Shown here: positions 25,705 through 34,531 of the stretch, piece by piece
Layout: the number at the start of each line of letters is the position of its first letter
Numbering within the stretch: the stretch's first letter is position 1
Assembly (NCBI GenBank): GCA_030745695.1
Contig: JASLOB010000014.1
Span: 1 to 43,283 of the forward strand
Direction of reading: 5' to 3'
Length of the DNA: 43,283 nt
From: Candidatus Nanoarchaeia archaeon
GTDB lineage: Archaea > Nanobdellota > Nanobdellia > SCGC-AAA011-G17 > JACPNG01
Program-made: the position numbers and the translations under genes
The notes under the pieces: model-generated
What the model was told of the DNA's origin: nothing
Database searches by the model: none
The model's input: the letters and a program-made list of their open reading frames with translations, nothing else

Positions 25705-26916
25705 ATGCAAGAAAGAGTAACAAAAGCAGTAATAACAGCAAGCTACAATGATGATGGCAAAGAAAGTCCTATTAGAGATAAAGTTATGTATCAAGCACAA
25801 AAAGAAAGAGAAAAAGGCTATAAATTTCTTAATCATCTTATTTTAAGGGACACTAAAGACCATAGAGTTACTAAATTTAATCTTTTATTAGCTGAAATCC
25901 CTATAATCTCTCATGTTTTGTATAACGCATCTAGAACCTCTTTAGAAGAAATAACAGTTGTAGGAGATGAAGTAACAAAAACTAATGTAGGGGCTTTCTC
26001 AGAATATTTTAAAGATTCAAGATTTAGATATGTTGATGAAGGTCCTCCAGAAGAATGGAAACTTTCAGAAACATTAAGAAAAGGAGATTCTGGAGGTCAA
26101 GTAGTATTAACTTTAATGGGTGATTTGCCTTTAGCATGGAACCTAGAACATATTTTACATGACCCAGACATCCCTAACTATGATGCAATTTTTGATCTTA
26201 ATACTAAAAGAAAAGTTGGAAAACATTTTCCAAGATACTACCATTTTAGGATAAGACATAAAGGAGTTAACTGGCTTGCAAAAGAACCCAATCTTTATTT
26301 AATGGACATAGGAAAGATAGAATATGTAGCAGATTTAATGTATAGTGGTAGAAAAACTAATATGGGTGAAGGGAGATGGAAACTATTTGAAAAATTATTT
26401 ATTGAAAATGGTAAGTGGAAAATTACATTAGATGGATTGGGTAAAGTATATTCAGCTCAAATAGCTTTTAATTTAATAGCAGGAAGAGAACTACTTTTAA
26501 AACCAGAAAAAATTCAAAAAGTAATAAATGATTTAGCTGGTATAAAAACAAGATTTAAAGCAGACAATAATCAACCAGGAACATTAGAAGATATAGATTC
26601 TTTAGAAGACTGGGCTTATATTTATGATATGTTGTCAGAAGCAAAAGATAAATATTATCCTTATTTTTCAAAATTAAGAAAATTTTCAGAAGATGTTATG
26701 CCTGAACTTAAAAGAAAACATGAATTTTATTATGGTTTTAAGGATTATATGAATTCTTTATTTAAAGAATATGATCTTCTAGAGCCTTTTGTTAGGAAGG
26801 GTGTATTTGAAAATCCATTTACCTCCAATAAAATAGACTCTTCTACAAGGAATAGAGTAAAAAGAATGATGAAACTTAATATTTTAGCCCATGGAAGATA
26901 TAATAGAAGATTTTAG
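25705..26916 (+). CDS. MobA-like NTP-transferase-fold protein with a long C-terminal extension
   Basis: 403 aa. KAVITAS start, VVLTLMGDLPL and LEDIDSLEDW resemble the GT-A nucleotidyltransferase layout. Weak call. Confidence 0.4.
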   Translation: MQERVTKAVITASYNDDGKESPIRDKVMYQAQKEREKGYKFLNHLILRDTKDHRVTKFNLLLAEIPIISHVLYNASRTSLEEITVVGDEVTKTNVGAFSEYFKDSRFRYVDEGPPEEWKLSETLRKGDSGGQVVLTLMGDLPLAWNLEHILHDPDIPNYDAIFDLNTKRKVGKHFPRYYHFRIRHKGVNWLAKEPNLYLMDIGKIEYVADLMYSGRKTNMGEGRWKLFEKLFIENGKWKITLDGLGKVYSAQIAFNLIAGRELLLKPEKIQKVINDLAGIKTRFKADNNQPGTLEDIDSLEDWAYIYDMLSEAKDKYYPYFSKLRKFSEDVMPELKRKHEFYYGFKDYMNSLFKEYDLLEPFVRKGVFENPFTSNKIDSSTRNRVKRMMKLNILAHGRYNRRF

Positions 26917-27031
26917 AAGAAGATAAATATTTATATTAAGAAAATTAATGGAAATTGTGAGGGAATTTAGAAAATGAATGGAAAAAACTAAAATTAAAAA
27001 GAAAACATTATTCTTAAAAATTTAATTTATT

Positions 27032-28357
27032 CTAAACAACAACACTCTTTCCATTACTCATGATCTTAACTTCTTTTTTAGAATATCCAATATCAAAAGC
27101 TAAAGAAGCTAAATTATTTAATTTTTCGCTGGGACCATGAGCAGGAATAATATTTTGAGGCTTGATCATATTAATTAAATCTCTTAAATCTTCTCTATAA
27201 GCATGACCACTTGAATGAACGTCTTTAAACACTCTAACATGTTGATTTTTTAAATTTCTTTCTAACTCTCCTCTATTCTTTAGATTAATTTCAGCTGGAA
27301 TAGTTCTATTTGAAAAAATAACATGATCATCTTTCATAAAATTAAAAGGGAGTTGTTTAGTGGCTAATCTTGTTAATATTGAATTAGGCTCCCCTTGTCC
27401 TCCAGTACATACTATCAAATAATTATCTCTTCCTTGTTTTTCTATTTCAGCTAATTTTCTTTTAACTTGGGCTCCATATCCAACAACATCGCAACTCTTA
27501 GAAAAATTAATAAGTTTAACAGCTTCTGCTGCTTTAATATATTTATTCATAGATCTTCCAAGAAAAACAACTTTTCTATTTAATTTTTGTCCAAATTCAG
27601 CCATAGATTTTAGTCTAGCAATATGAGAAGCAAAACTTGTTGTTATGATAGCATTTCCAGTATTCTCCACCCCTAACATAACATCTTTTAACATCTCTCT
27701 AGCTACTTTCTCACTTGGTGTCTTACCATCTTGATGAGCATATAGAGATTCGACAATTAAAGCTTTTACATTTCCTTTTCCAATTTGTTTTAATCTTTGG
27801 AAATTTGGTTTTTTTTCAATAACTGGGTTGTTATCAAATTTAAAATCATTAGCATATAATATTGTTCCTTCTTTAGTATGTAATGCAACTAATGAAGTTT
27901 GTAAAGTAGAATGAGTAACATGAATAAACTCTAATTCTATATTATTAACTTTGTAAGTAGAATTAGGATTCATCTTTATTAATTTATTTTTTAGATTAAC
28001 TCTTTCATTTTGCAATTCTGATTTTAGAACTTCTAGAGTATATTGGGATCCTATAATTGGAGCATCATAATGAGGAGCTAGATAAGGAACAGCACCTATA
28101 TGATCTAAGTGACAATGTCCAAGAACTATAGCTTTAACTTTATCTTTGTGTTTATTTAGGATATTATCATTAGGAATCGCTCCTAGCTTAATCAAACCCT
28201 CAGTTGTAAGATTTTTTCTCTCTCCACCTTGTTCTTCAAAATCAATTATTGCTGGTAGAAATACACCCATATCTAGAATTATTATGTCATTTCCTATTTT
28301 TACTGCAGACATATTTTTGCCAACTTCACTATAACCTCCAACACTGAAAAATTCCAT
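27032..28357 (-). CDS. rnj: ribonuclease J (archaeal beta-CASP metallo-beta-lactamase)
   Basis: 441 aa with HCHLDH, a beta-CASP segment and terminal HSSGH..PAHG. It has the compact archaeal length. Confidence 0.85.
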   Translation of the reverse strand: MEFFSVGGYSEVGKNMSAVKIGNDIIILDMGVFLPAIIDFEEQGGERKNLTTEGLIKLGAIPNDNILNKHKDKVKAIVLGHCHLDHIGAVPYLAPHYDAPIIGSQYTLEVLKSELQNERVNLKNKLIKMNPNSTYKVNNIELEFIHVTHSTLQTSLVALHTKEGTILYANDFKFDNNPVIEKKPNFQRLKQIGKGNVKALIVESLYAHQDGKTPSEKVAREMLKDVMLGVENTGNAIITTSFASHIARLKSMAEFGQKLNRKVVFLGRSMNKYIKAAEAVKLINFSKSCDVVGYGAQVKRKLAEIEKQGRDNYLIVCTGGQGEPNSILTRLATKQLPFNFMKDDHVIFSNRTIPAEINLKNRGELERNLKNQHVRVFKDVHSSGHAYREDLRDLINMIKPQNIIPAHGPSEKLNNLASLAFDIGYSKKEVKIMSNGKSVVV

Positions 28358-28578
28358 TTATATGAAAAAAGAAAAAGGGTTTTTATAGCTATCTATTTAG
28401 ATATAAAAGTTTCACTGAACTCTTCATGTAATAGGCTACCATCTGAACTTAGGAGACTATGTCTATATATTACCCCTTCTCTTTCATCTTCTTCGATGAT
28501 ACGATATAAATTACCTTCTTTATTAGAATAAACAAGTCTTTCAAATCTAGCTTCCTCACAGTACTCTTTCTAAATTCA

Positions 28579-28923
28579 TCATACTCTCTTAAATTTTTTT
28601 GTAAGAAAGATTAACTTTGCAAATTGCAAGGGATACATAAGAATACTTAGTAAACTATATTCTATTTTTTTGTGCCCATTAAAATCAAGCTCTAACGGTT
28701 CCAATTTTTTAGTTTTTTTAACAAACTTTAATATATTCTGATAATACTCTGTTACATAATAAGCTCCATAGTTTATTTTTCCATTCTTAGAAGTACAAAT
28801 TCTACCTCCAATATTTTCAGTTATTACTAGAAAATTATTTTTGCCATATTTTTTCAAGTGATGGGCACACCCAATTCCAGACACCCCTCTCCCAATTATA
28901 ATTATATCATACTCTTTTTTCAT
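28579..28923 (-). pseudogene. N-terminal fragment of an FAD/NAD(P)-binding oxidoreductase
   Basis: Only 114 aa. It has the Rossmann motif DIIIIGRGVSGIGCA, but no substrate or C-terminal domains. Only about 190 nt follow before the next gene. Confidence 0.55.
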
Positions 28924-28955
28924 AAAACAACAAAAGAAAGAACTAATTATAAATC

Positions 28956-29363
28956 TTACCTAATCAAAATAGAAACAATAAAAATCAAAACTGTTAACGC
29001 GGCTGAAATCAAACAATAAAAACAATAATTCTTGAGAATTTTTGCCTGTATATAAGTCAAAAAGCCTGAGAATAAAACTCCAAGTCCTGATCCAATTAGT
29101 AATATATTCTTAATCAATAAACTCCCATCATACAATAGATAGATTCCAATTACGAAAGCAGAAAGGTAAAATATCAAGCCTAAGATTTCATTCTTAATTC
29201 CAAACGTTTTTCCATAATCACTTTCAACAACATCACTACAATTATCTCCTATAGGGCAGACAAGCTTCTTTTCTCTCTTAAAGTGTTTATATGTTAGATA
29301 TCCAGAATCAATAATTCCTAGTAATGCTAAAACAATCAAGGAAACAATAAACTGAATTTCCAT
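28956..29363 (-). CDS. vitamin K epoxide reductase (VKOR) family protein
   Basis: 135 aa with four TM segments, a loop Cys pair CPIGDNC and an in-membrane CFYC redox motif. Confidence 0.75.
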   Translation of the reverse strand: MEIQFIVSLIVLALLGIIDSGYLTYKHFKREKKLVCPIGDNCSDVVESDYGKTFGIKNEILGLIFYLSAFVIGIYLLYDGSLLIKNILLIGSGLGVLFSGFLTYIQAKILKNYCFYCLISAALTVLIFIVSILIR

Positions 29364-29728
29364 TATTTTCCTCCTTCACATGTTAAAACAGAAAGAGCAA
29401 TTGCCATAAACAAAATAGCAACATCTCTAAAAACAATATCTAAAACAAAAATATTTCCAACCACTATTAACAACATTGTAACAGCTGCAACAACAGAGGC
29501 CCAAAATATCTTCTTATTAGATAAAAGCCAGAGAGCTAATAAAATCTCATAAACTGAGAAAGCCATAAGAAAAGTTTCTCTGCCCGATTCTATAAATCCA
29601 GGAATAAATCCTATCCAATTATTTGGCGTTATAAAAGCAGTGATTGCAGCATATAAGAAAACAATAGCTAAACCGACTCTTAATAGAAAACATCCAAATG
29701 TCTTATCACAATACTCTCTTTTTGCCAT
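29363..29728 (-). CDS. DoxX-family membrane protein
   Basis: 121 aa. LLRVGLAIVFLYAAITAF with 3-4 TM helices. Its stop and the next start share one nucleotide. Confidence 0.55.
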   Translation of the reverse strand: MAKREYCDKTFGCFLLRVGLAIVFLYAAITAFITPNNWIGFIPGFIESGRETFLMAFSVYEILLALWLLSNKKIFWASVVAAVTMLLIVVGNIFVLDIVFRDVAILFMAIALSVLTCEGGK

Positions 29729-29736
29729 CTTAAATC

Positions 29737-30225
29737 TTAACTAACAATTATCTTTCCGCCCAAAGCAGCTCTTAAGTGATCATGATATTGCCAAACTCCC
29801 TCTTCATTAAATGTGAAGCTCCAACTCTCTTCTTTTTCTAATCCCCGACAAGCATCAAATATTTCTCCTTCTTCAGCTGTTCCACATTTTTCTACTCCAG
29901 ATCCAGGATAAACAGTATGTGTTGGATGAATATCACTAGCGGGCCAGCTCTTTCTATTAGCTTTATTAACAAAAGTCACAGTATCTCCTTTATTTATAGT
30001 CAGAACAGGTGGATTAAATCCAGAATCCATGATCCTTACTGTCTTTGTCTGAGAAACAACTCCTTCTGGCCCCCCTATAACTTCATCACTTCCAGGAGCA
30101 GAAACTCCAGCAACATCCCCTAACGAGTCTCCTAAATCAATATCATCTCCGTTTCCAGAAAAAACAAATATCCTTATTAGAACAATCAAAATAACAATAA
30201 TCGTAATCCATAATCCCTTTCCCAT
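29737..30225 (-). CDS. membrane-anchored cupredoxin-like domain protein
   Basis: 162 aa. N-terminal TM helix, then FNPPVLTINKGDTVTFVNKAN, HPTH, YHDH and GGKIIVS. There is no canonical type-1 Cu Cys-His-Met triad. Confidence 0.55.
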   Translation of the reverse strand: MGKGLWITIIVILIVLIRIFVFSGNGDDIDLGDSLGDVAGVSAPGSDEVIGGPEGVVSQTKTVRIMDSGFNPPVLTINKGDTVTFVNKANRKSWPASDIHPTHTVYPGSGVEKCGTAEEGEIFDACRGLEKEESWSFTFNEEGVWQYHDHLRAALGGKIIVS

Positions 30226-30288
30226 TTCACAATTAACAAGAGTTAACTTATAATGGTTTCGTTAACTCTCTAGACTCTATTTACAAAA

Positions 30289-30573
30289 TCAAATTACCCA
30301 GCTTAAGAAGAACAATCCTAAAGCAACAACCATTGTAACTGTGTACCATTGCTTGCTCCAAGCAAGAACTTTAGCCCCATCAAAAGGCATAACTGGAATC
30401 ATATTGAAGGCAGCAAGTAAAGCATTAATTGTAAATCCAAAGCCACTTATGATTCCCAAAATTCCTGTTGAGTAAAACAATCCAAGTATCATAAACAGAA
30501 CAGCAAGAACAATATTTGTTACAGGCCCAACAAGGCTAATCTTTCCATTTCTCTCAAAACACCTATTAATCAT
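30289..30573 (-). pseudogene. C-terminal fragment of an M50 (site-2 protease) family peptidase
   Basis: 94 aa with GPVTNIVLA and NMIPVMPFDG (NxxPxxPxDG). The HExxH-bearing N-terminal half is absent, and only 68 nt lie upstream. Confidence 0.55.
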
Positions 30574-30641
30574 TTATTTACAGATTCCATTTAACACTAT
30601 TTTTCATTAAATTTATAAAACTATCTTTCATTAATTTTATT

Positions 30642-32087
30642 TTAAGATTTTAAAATATATCTCATAACATCTTCTACACCATAATCTATCCCATGTTCTT
30701 TAACAAGAGCTTTTACAACAGAAAAATCAGAACCAGAAGTAACTAAGGGAACTTCTCCTGGAGACCCTAAACCAACAGTAGAAGTTAATGCATTACATAA
30801 ACATACTTTATCTATTGTATCTTCAACATTCCCTCCATCCTTTTCATATCTCTCAAGATCATCTGCAGGACAACGTGTATCTACTTCTCCATCTCTTTCA
30901 TAAAGCTCAACAAGATAACCAAGATTGCATATACGTTCTCTTTCATCATATATCTCCTTTTGAGATAATGTATCTTTTACTTGAACTACTTTAAGTGGAA
31001 AACCAGTAGGAGAAGCAATTGGGCTTGTATGTGCTTCTGTACCACCCATAATCTCTTGTATAACTTTTCTTTTTAATTTTGGTTCTATTCCAGATTCTCT
31101 AGAAAAAGCAAAAGGTGTACCAACTTGAATACCATCAGCTCCCATTTCTAATGCTTCATTTAATTTATTTGCATAACCTCCCGCTAACCAATAGGGTTGT
31201 ATTGTATTATTTTTTCTTTGAGAATTTTGTCCTAACAACATATTTAGTTTACCCTCATCTATCTCATCTTTTTTCCCATAATTCGGTTCACCTTTTTCAT
31301 TTAATTCTTTAGATCTCGCAGGAGCATTATGACCTCCAGCTATCTCTCCTTCGAAAACATAACCATCTGATTGAGGTACTGCTTTTACACCTAAATGGTT
31401 TGAAACAATTCCTAGAAAGAAAGGAATGTCTAATTTTGGTTGTTCAGATAATACTTTTGGATCAAATTCTAATAAATAATCTTTACCATCAATAACTGGA
31501 ATTGATATTTTTGAATTTTTTCCTTCTGAAATATTTTCCATTACTTCAGGAATCTCTTTTGGAAGACCAGCACCAATTAAAACAACATCAACATCAGCAA
31601 TCATAGCTCCATAAATTGAAGGCATTAATGGCCATTGAATCTTATGTAAATAATTAATACCAACGGGATTACTATGTCCTTGTTTAGCAAGAAATACTTC
31701 GACAAAATTAGAAACAATAAGCAATTCTTCAAGATTTGGACCTCTTGAACTATCTTTCAAACTTAATATACCTTTACTATCTTGTTTAAATCTAGGATAA
31801 GGCGCAGGATGATACTTTGCAGTTTTTGATTTTCTTCCTTTTTTAAAATATTTATCAATAATCTTTTGAGTTAATTTTTTATCTGGGAAATTTTCTAATG
31901 CAAATATAAGTTCTACATCAAGCTTATGGTCTTGAAGTCTACGTACCATTATTGTATCAAGTGCAGTTCCAGAAACAACGCCTAATCCTCCTCTAGAAGA
32001 AACTTTTCTTGCTAAACGAAAATTAGAAACCCCTGCACCCATTCCACCTTGTATTACTTCCTTTTCAAGTTTTAACATCTCAAACAA
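30642..32087 (-). CDS. nitronate monooxygenase / NPD-family flavin oxidoreductase (long form)
   Basis: 481 aa with IQGGMGAGVS, GGLGVVSG, GEIAGGHN and GADGIQVGT. Confidence 0.7.
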   Translation of the reverse strand: MFEMLKLEKEVIQGGMGAGVSNFRLARKVSSRGGLGVVSGTALDTIMVRRLQDHKLDVELIFALENFPDKKLTQKIIDKYFKKGRKSKTAKYHPAPYPRFKQDSKGILSLKDSSRGPNLEELLIVSNFVEVFLAKQGHSNPVGINYLHKIQWPLMPSIYGAMIADVDVVLIGAGLPKEIPEVMENISEGKNSKISIPVIDGKDYLLEFDPKVLSEQPKLDIPFFLGIVSNHLGVKAVPQSDGYVFEGEIAGGHNAPARSKELNEKGEPNYGKKDEIDEGKLNMLLGQNSQRKNNTIQPYWLAGGYANKLNEALEMGADGIQVGTPFAFSRESGIEPKLKRKVIQEIMGGTEAHTSPIASPTGFPLKVVQVKDTLSQKEIYDERERICNLGYLVELYERDGEVDTRCPADDLERYEKDGGNVEDTIDKVCLCNALTSTVGLGSPGEVPLVTSGSDFSVVKALVKEHGIDYGVEDVMRYILKS

Positions 32088-32139
32088 TATAGAAAGTATC
32101 TCGAAGTTTTAATAGTTTTTTAAAAAAGTAGATAATATC

Positions 32140-32457
32140 TCAAAATTTTATAGTATCTCCAATTTTCATAGATATTGGATTTGTAAATTCCAAAATATAT
32201 TTAGCTTTTTTTCTTGGAATTATTAAAGGAGTAAAAGGTTTTAAATTTTTTTTAATATCAACTATTTTTTTATTTTTGTCTAACCAAACAACATTTATTG
32301 GATAAAAAACAAATAACATATCAATAGAAGCACCCATTCTAGATTCTTTATTTAATTCAAAAATTAATACATTATTAGATCTCTTAGAAAACCTTAATCC
32401 AATAAACTGAGATATTGGATCTTTATAAATTTGATAATTTTTAATGACTCTCTTCAT
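32140..32457 (-). CDS. DUF192-family protein
   Basis: 105 aa. GLRF..., SIDMLFV and VVWLDKNKKIVDI match the DUF192 pattern. Confidence 0.6.
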   Translation of the reverse strand: MKRVIKNYQIYKDPISQFIGLRFSKRSNNVLIFELNKESRMGASIDMLFVFYPINVVWLDKNKKIVDIKKNLKPFTPLIIPRKKAKYILEFTNPISMKIGDTIKF

Positions 32458-32621
32458 TTATGTTTTAATAGATGCAATCTTTCTCTAGTAGCTGATATTA
32501 TCATTAAAATTAACCCTAAAACTAAAACCATTGGAAACAATTTTTGTATAAAGAATGGAACTATGATTAAAATCAACCCAAGAAAGAACATAATTTCAAA
32601 TGTTGAATGAGGTGTTTTCAT
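32454..32621 (-). CDS. small two-TM membrane protein (55 aa), below the ORF-track cutoff
   Basis: Hand translation MKTPHSTFEIMFFLGLILIIVPFFIQKLFPMVLVLGLILMIISATRERLHLLKHK. Its stop overlaps the DUF192 start as ATGA. Confidence 0.4.
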   Translation of the reverse strand: MKTPHSTFEIMFFLGLILIIVPFFIQKLFPMVLVLGLILMIISATRERLHLLKHK

Positions 32622-32722
32622 AATATTATTGTTTATTTATTATTTATTAATCATTGTTTTACTTTTATAATAGTAAATCAAAGAAAGAAATTGTTATATA
32701 TTGATAGAAAATATATAAAATA

Positions 32723-33301
32723 GTGAAAAAAAGAGCTAAAAACAAAAATAAAGAATTAGGATTCAAAAAAGAGTTGTTTATAATACTATTAATTTTCTTA
32801 TCTATCTTATTATTCTTCTTAATAGAGCCAAAATATACTGGATTTGTTGTATTTCAACCATCTACACATAATTGGACATTCGATGATTCTAATGATTATA
32901 CATTTAATTCTAATTTAATTAATTTAACAAATGGAGAAGTTAATTTAACTCATTTTAGTACATATAGAATATTTGGTAGTGAATTTGAAGAAACTCCTCC
33001 AGTAAGTCGTTCAAGCAAAAAAACAGAAGATAGTGTGAAAAGTGAGGAAGTAGGAAAACAAGAGAAGATAGTTGAGGTTGAAGAAACACAGAAACAAGAA
33101 GAAACAACAGAAGAATCTAAACAAAAAGAAGAAAAAATAGAATTAAAAGAAGATATAAGTTCAGAAATAACAGGTAATACAACTAAAAATGTTAATATGC
33201 AGAATATGAGAACAATCACATCAATAGTTATAATATTAATTGTAGCTATCTCTTTTATATTAAGAAAAAAATTAAAGCCATTTTCTAATCTTAAAAAATA
33301 A
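32723..33301 (+). CDS. membrane protein with Glu/Lys-rich linker
   Basis: 192 aa from a GTG start, with N- and C-terminal TM helices and an acidic low-complexity middle. Confidence 0.4.
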   Translation: MKKRAKNKNKELGFKKELFIILLIFLSILLFFLIEPKYTGFVVFQPSTHNWTFDDSNDYTFNSNLINLTNGEVNLTHFSTYRIFGSEFEETPPVSRSSKKTEDSVKSEEVGKQEKIVEVEETQKQEETTEESKQKEEKIELKEDISSEITGNTTKNVNMQNMRTITSIVIILIVAISFILRKKLKPFSNLKK

Positions 33302-34174
33302 TAACATTAAAACAACAGTTATTAACATAAAACCTAAAGAAAACCAAAATCCATAATCATGTTGAGATAATGGTAAAACTCTAAAATTCATACCATAAAT
33401 TCCAGAAATTAACATTGGTATCAAAAGTAAAGACGCTATAACTGTAAAACTTTTCATAACCTCATTAAGTTTATTAGAAATAGAACTTAAATGTACTTCT
33501 AACACTCCAGTTAATCTATCTTTTATCAATTCTTCAGTATCTATAAGCTGAGAAAGTTCAATAAACAACATATTAAACAAAGTTTTATTCTTTAAGATTG
33601 GTATTGCACCACTGATTATATGTTCTACAACTTCTCTATCACCTGATAAAGCCTTTCTTAGATAAATTATATTTTTTTTCAAAGCAAATATTTGCCCCAT
33701 ATTACTCTCAGCTCTTATTGCTTTCTCTTCTATTTTATCTAGTCTATCTTCAATATCTTCTAAATTCTGTGAAAATTCTTTAATCAATCCTGAAAAAATT
33801 TCATATACTATCTTATTTACATCATTTGGTGTTTCCTCTTCCATTAAAGTTTGTAATGAAAGTATTTCTTCTCTATGAATAGTCATCACAAAATTTTTAG
33901 AAATAATTATTCCTATAGGTGTTATTGAAGTTTTACTAACAGATCTAAAGATTATTAAGCTATATTTATCTTTTTTATCTATTCTAGGCTTTTCTCTTCT
34001 ATCTAAAGCACATTTTAAATCATGTTGGATTAATTTTGTTTTTTCAATTATTTTATTCAATTCTTCACTAGTAGGATTTGAGACATCTATCCAATAAAAA
34101 TTCTTAGAAATATTAATTTTATCAATATCATGAAGTATCACACTCTTTTTTTTGATGCTTAATACATGAAGCAT
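33272..34174 (-). CDS. corA: CorA-family magnesium/cobalt transporter
   Basis: 300 aa with YGMNF between two C-terminal TM helices. Confidence 0.85.
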   Translation of the reverse strand: MLHVLSIKKKSVILHDIDKINISKNFYWIDVSNPTSEELNKIIEKTKLIQHDLKCALDRREKPRIDKKDKYSLIIFRSVSKTSITPIGIIISKNFVMTIHREEILSLQTLMEEETPNDVNKIVYEIFSGLIKEFSQNLEDIEDRLDKIEEKAIRAESNMGQIFALKKNIIYLRKALSGDREVVEHIISGAIPILKNKTLFNMLFIELSQLIDTEELIKDRLTGVLEVHLSSISNKLNEVMKSFTVIASLLLIPMLISGIYGMNFRVLPLSQHDYGFWFSLGFMLITVVLMLLFFKIRKWL

Positions 34175-34204
34175 ATAGAAATGAAATTTTACTCATATAA
34201 ATAT

Positions 34205-34531
34205 TTATTGATTAGATTCCCTTAAATGCATTAATCCAACTAAAAAAGATAAAGCAGCAATTGGGATAATCATTAGTTCTATTCCTAAATAAAACAGATC
34301 AAATGGTATTATCTCTAATTTACTTGAGATAGACTCAAAAATATTTAAAGAAGAAGATAAATCAAAAGCTATTACAATAGTTATAAAAAACAATCCTATC
34401 AAAACTAAGTTTAATACCTCTTTAATATTCTCTTTTTTCTCAAATTTTTTTGATTTAATCATTAAAAAAATAGCAATTATTATTAAAATAAAAGACATTA
34501 TATCTATTCCAAAAAGAATTTCATTTATCAT
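34205..34531 (-). CDS. small integral membrane protein
   Basis: 108 aa with three TM helices. It overlaps the upstream gene by 4 nt. Confidence 0.45.
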   Translation of the reverse strand: MINEILFGIDIMSFILIIIAIFLMIKSKKFEKKENIKEVLNLVLIGLFFITIVIAFDLSSSLNIFESISSKLEIIPFDLFYLGIELMIIPIAALSFLVGLMHLRESNQ

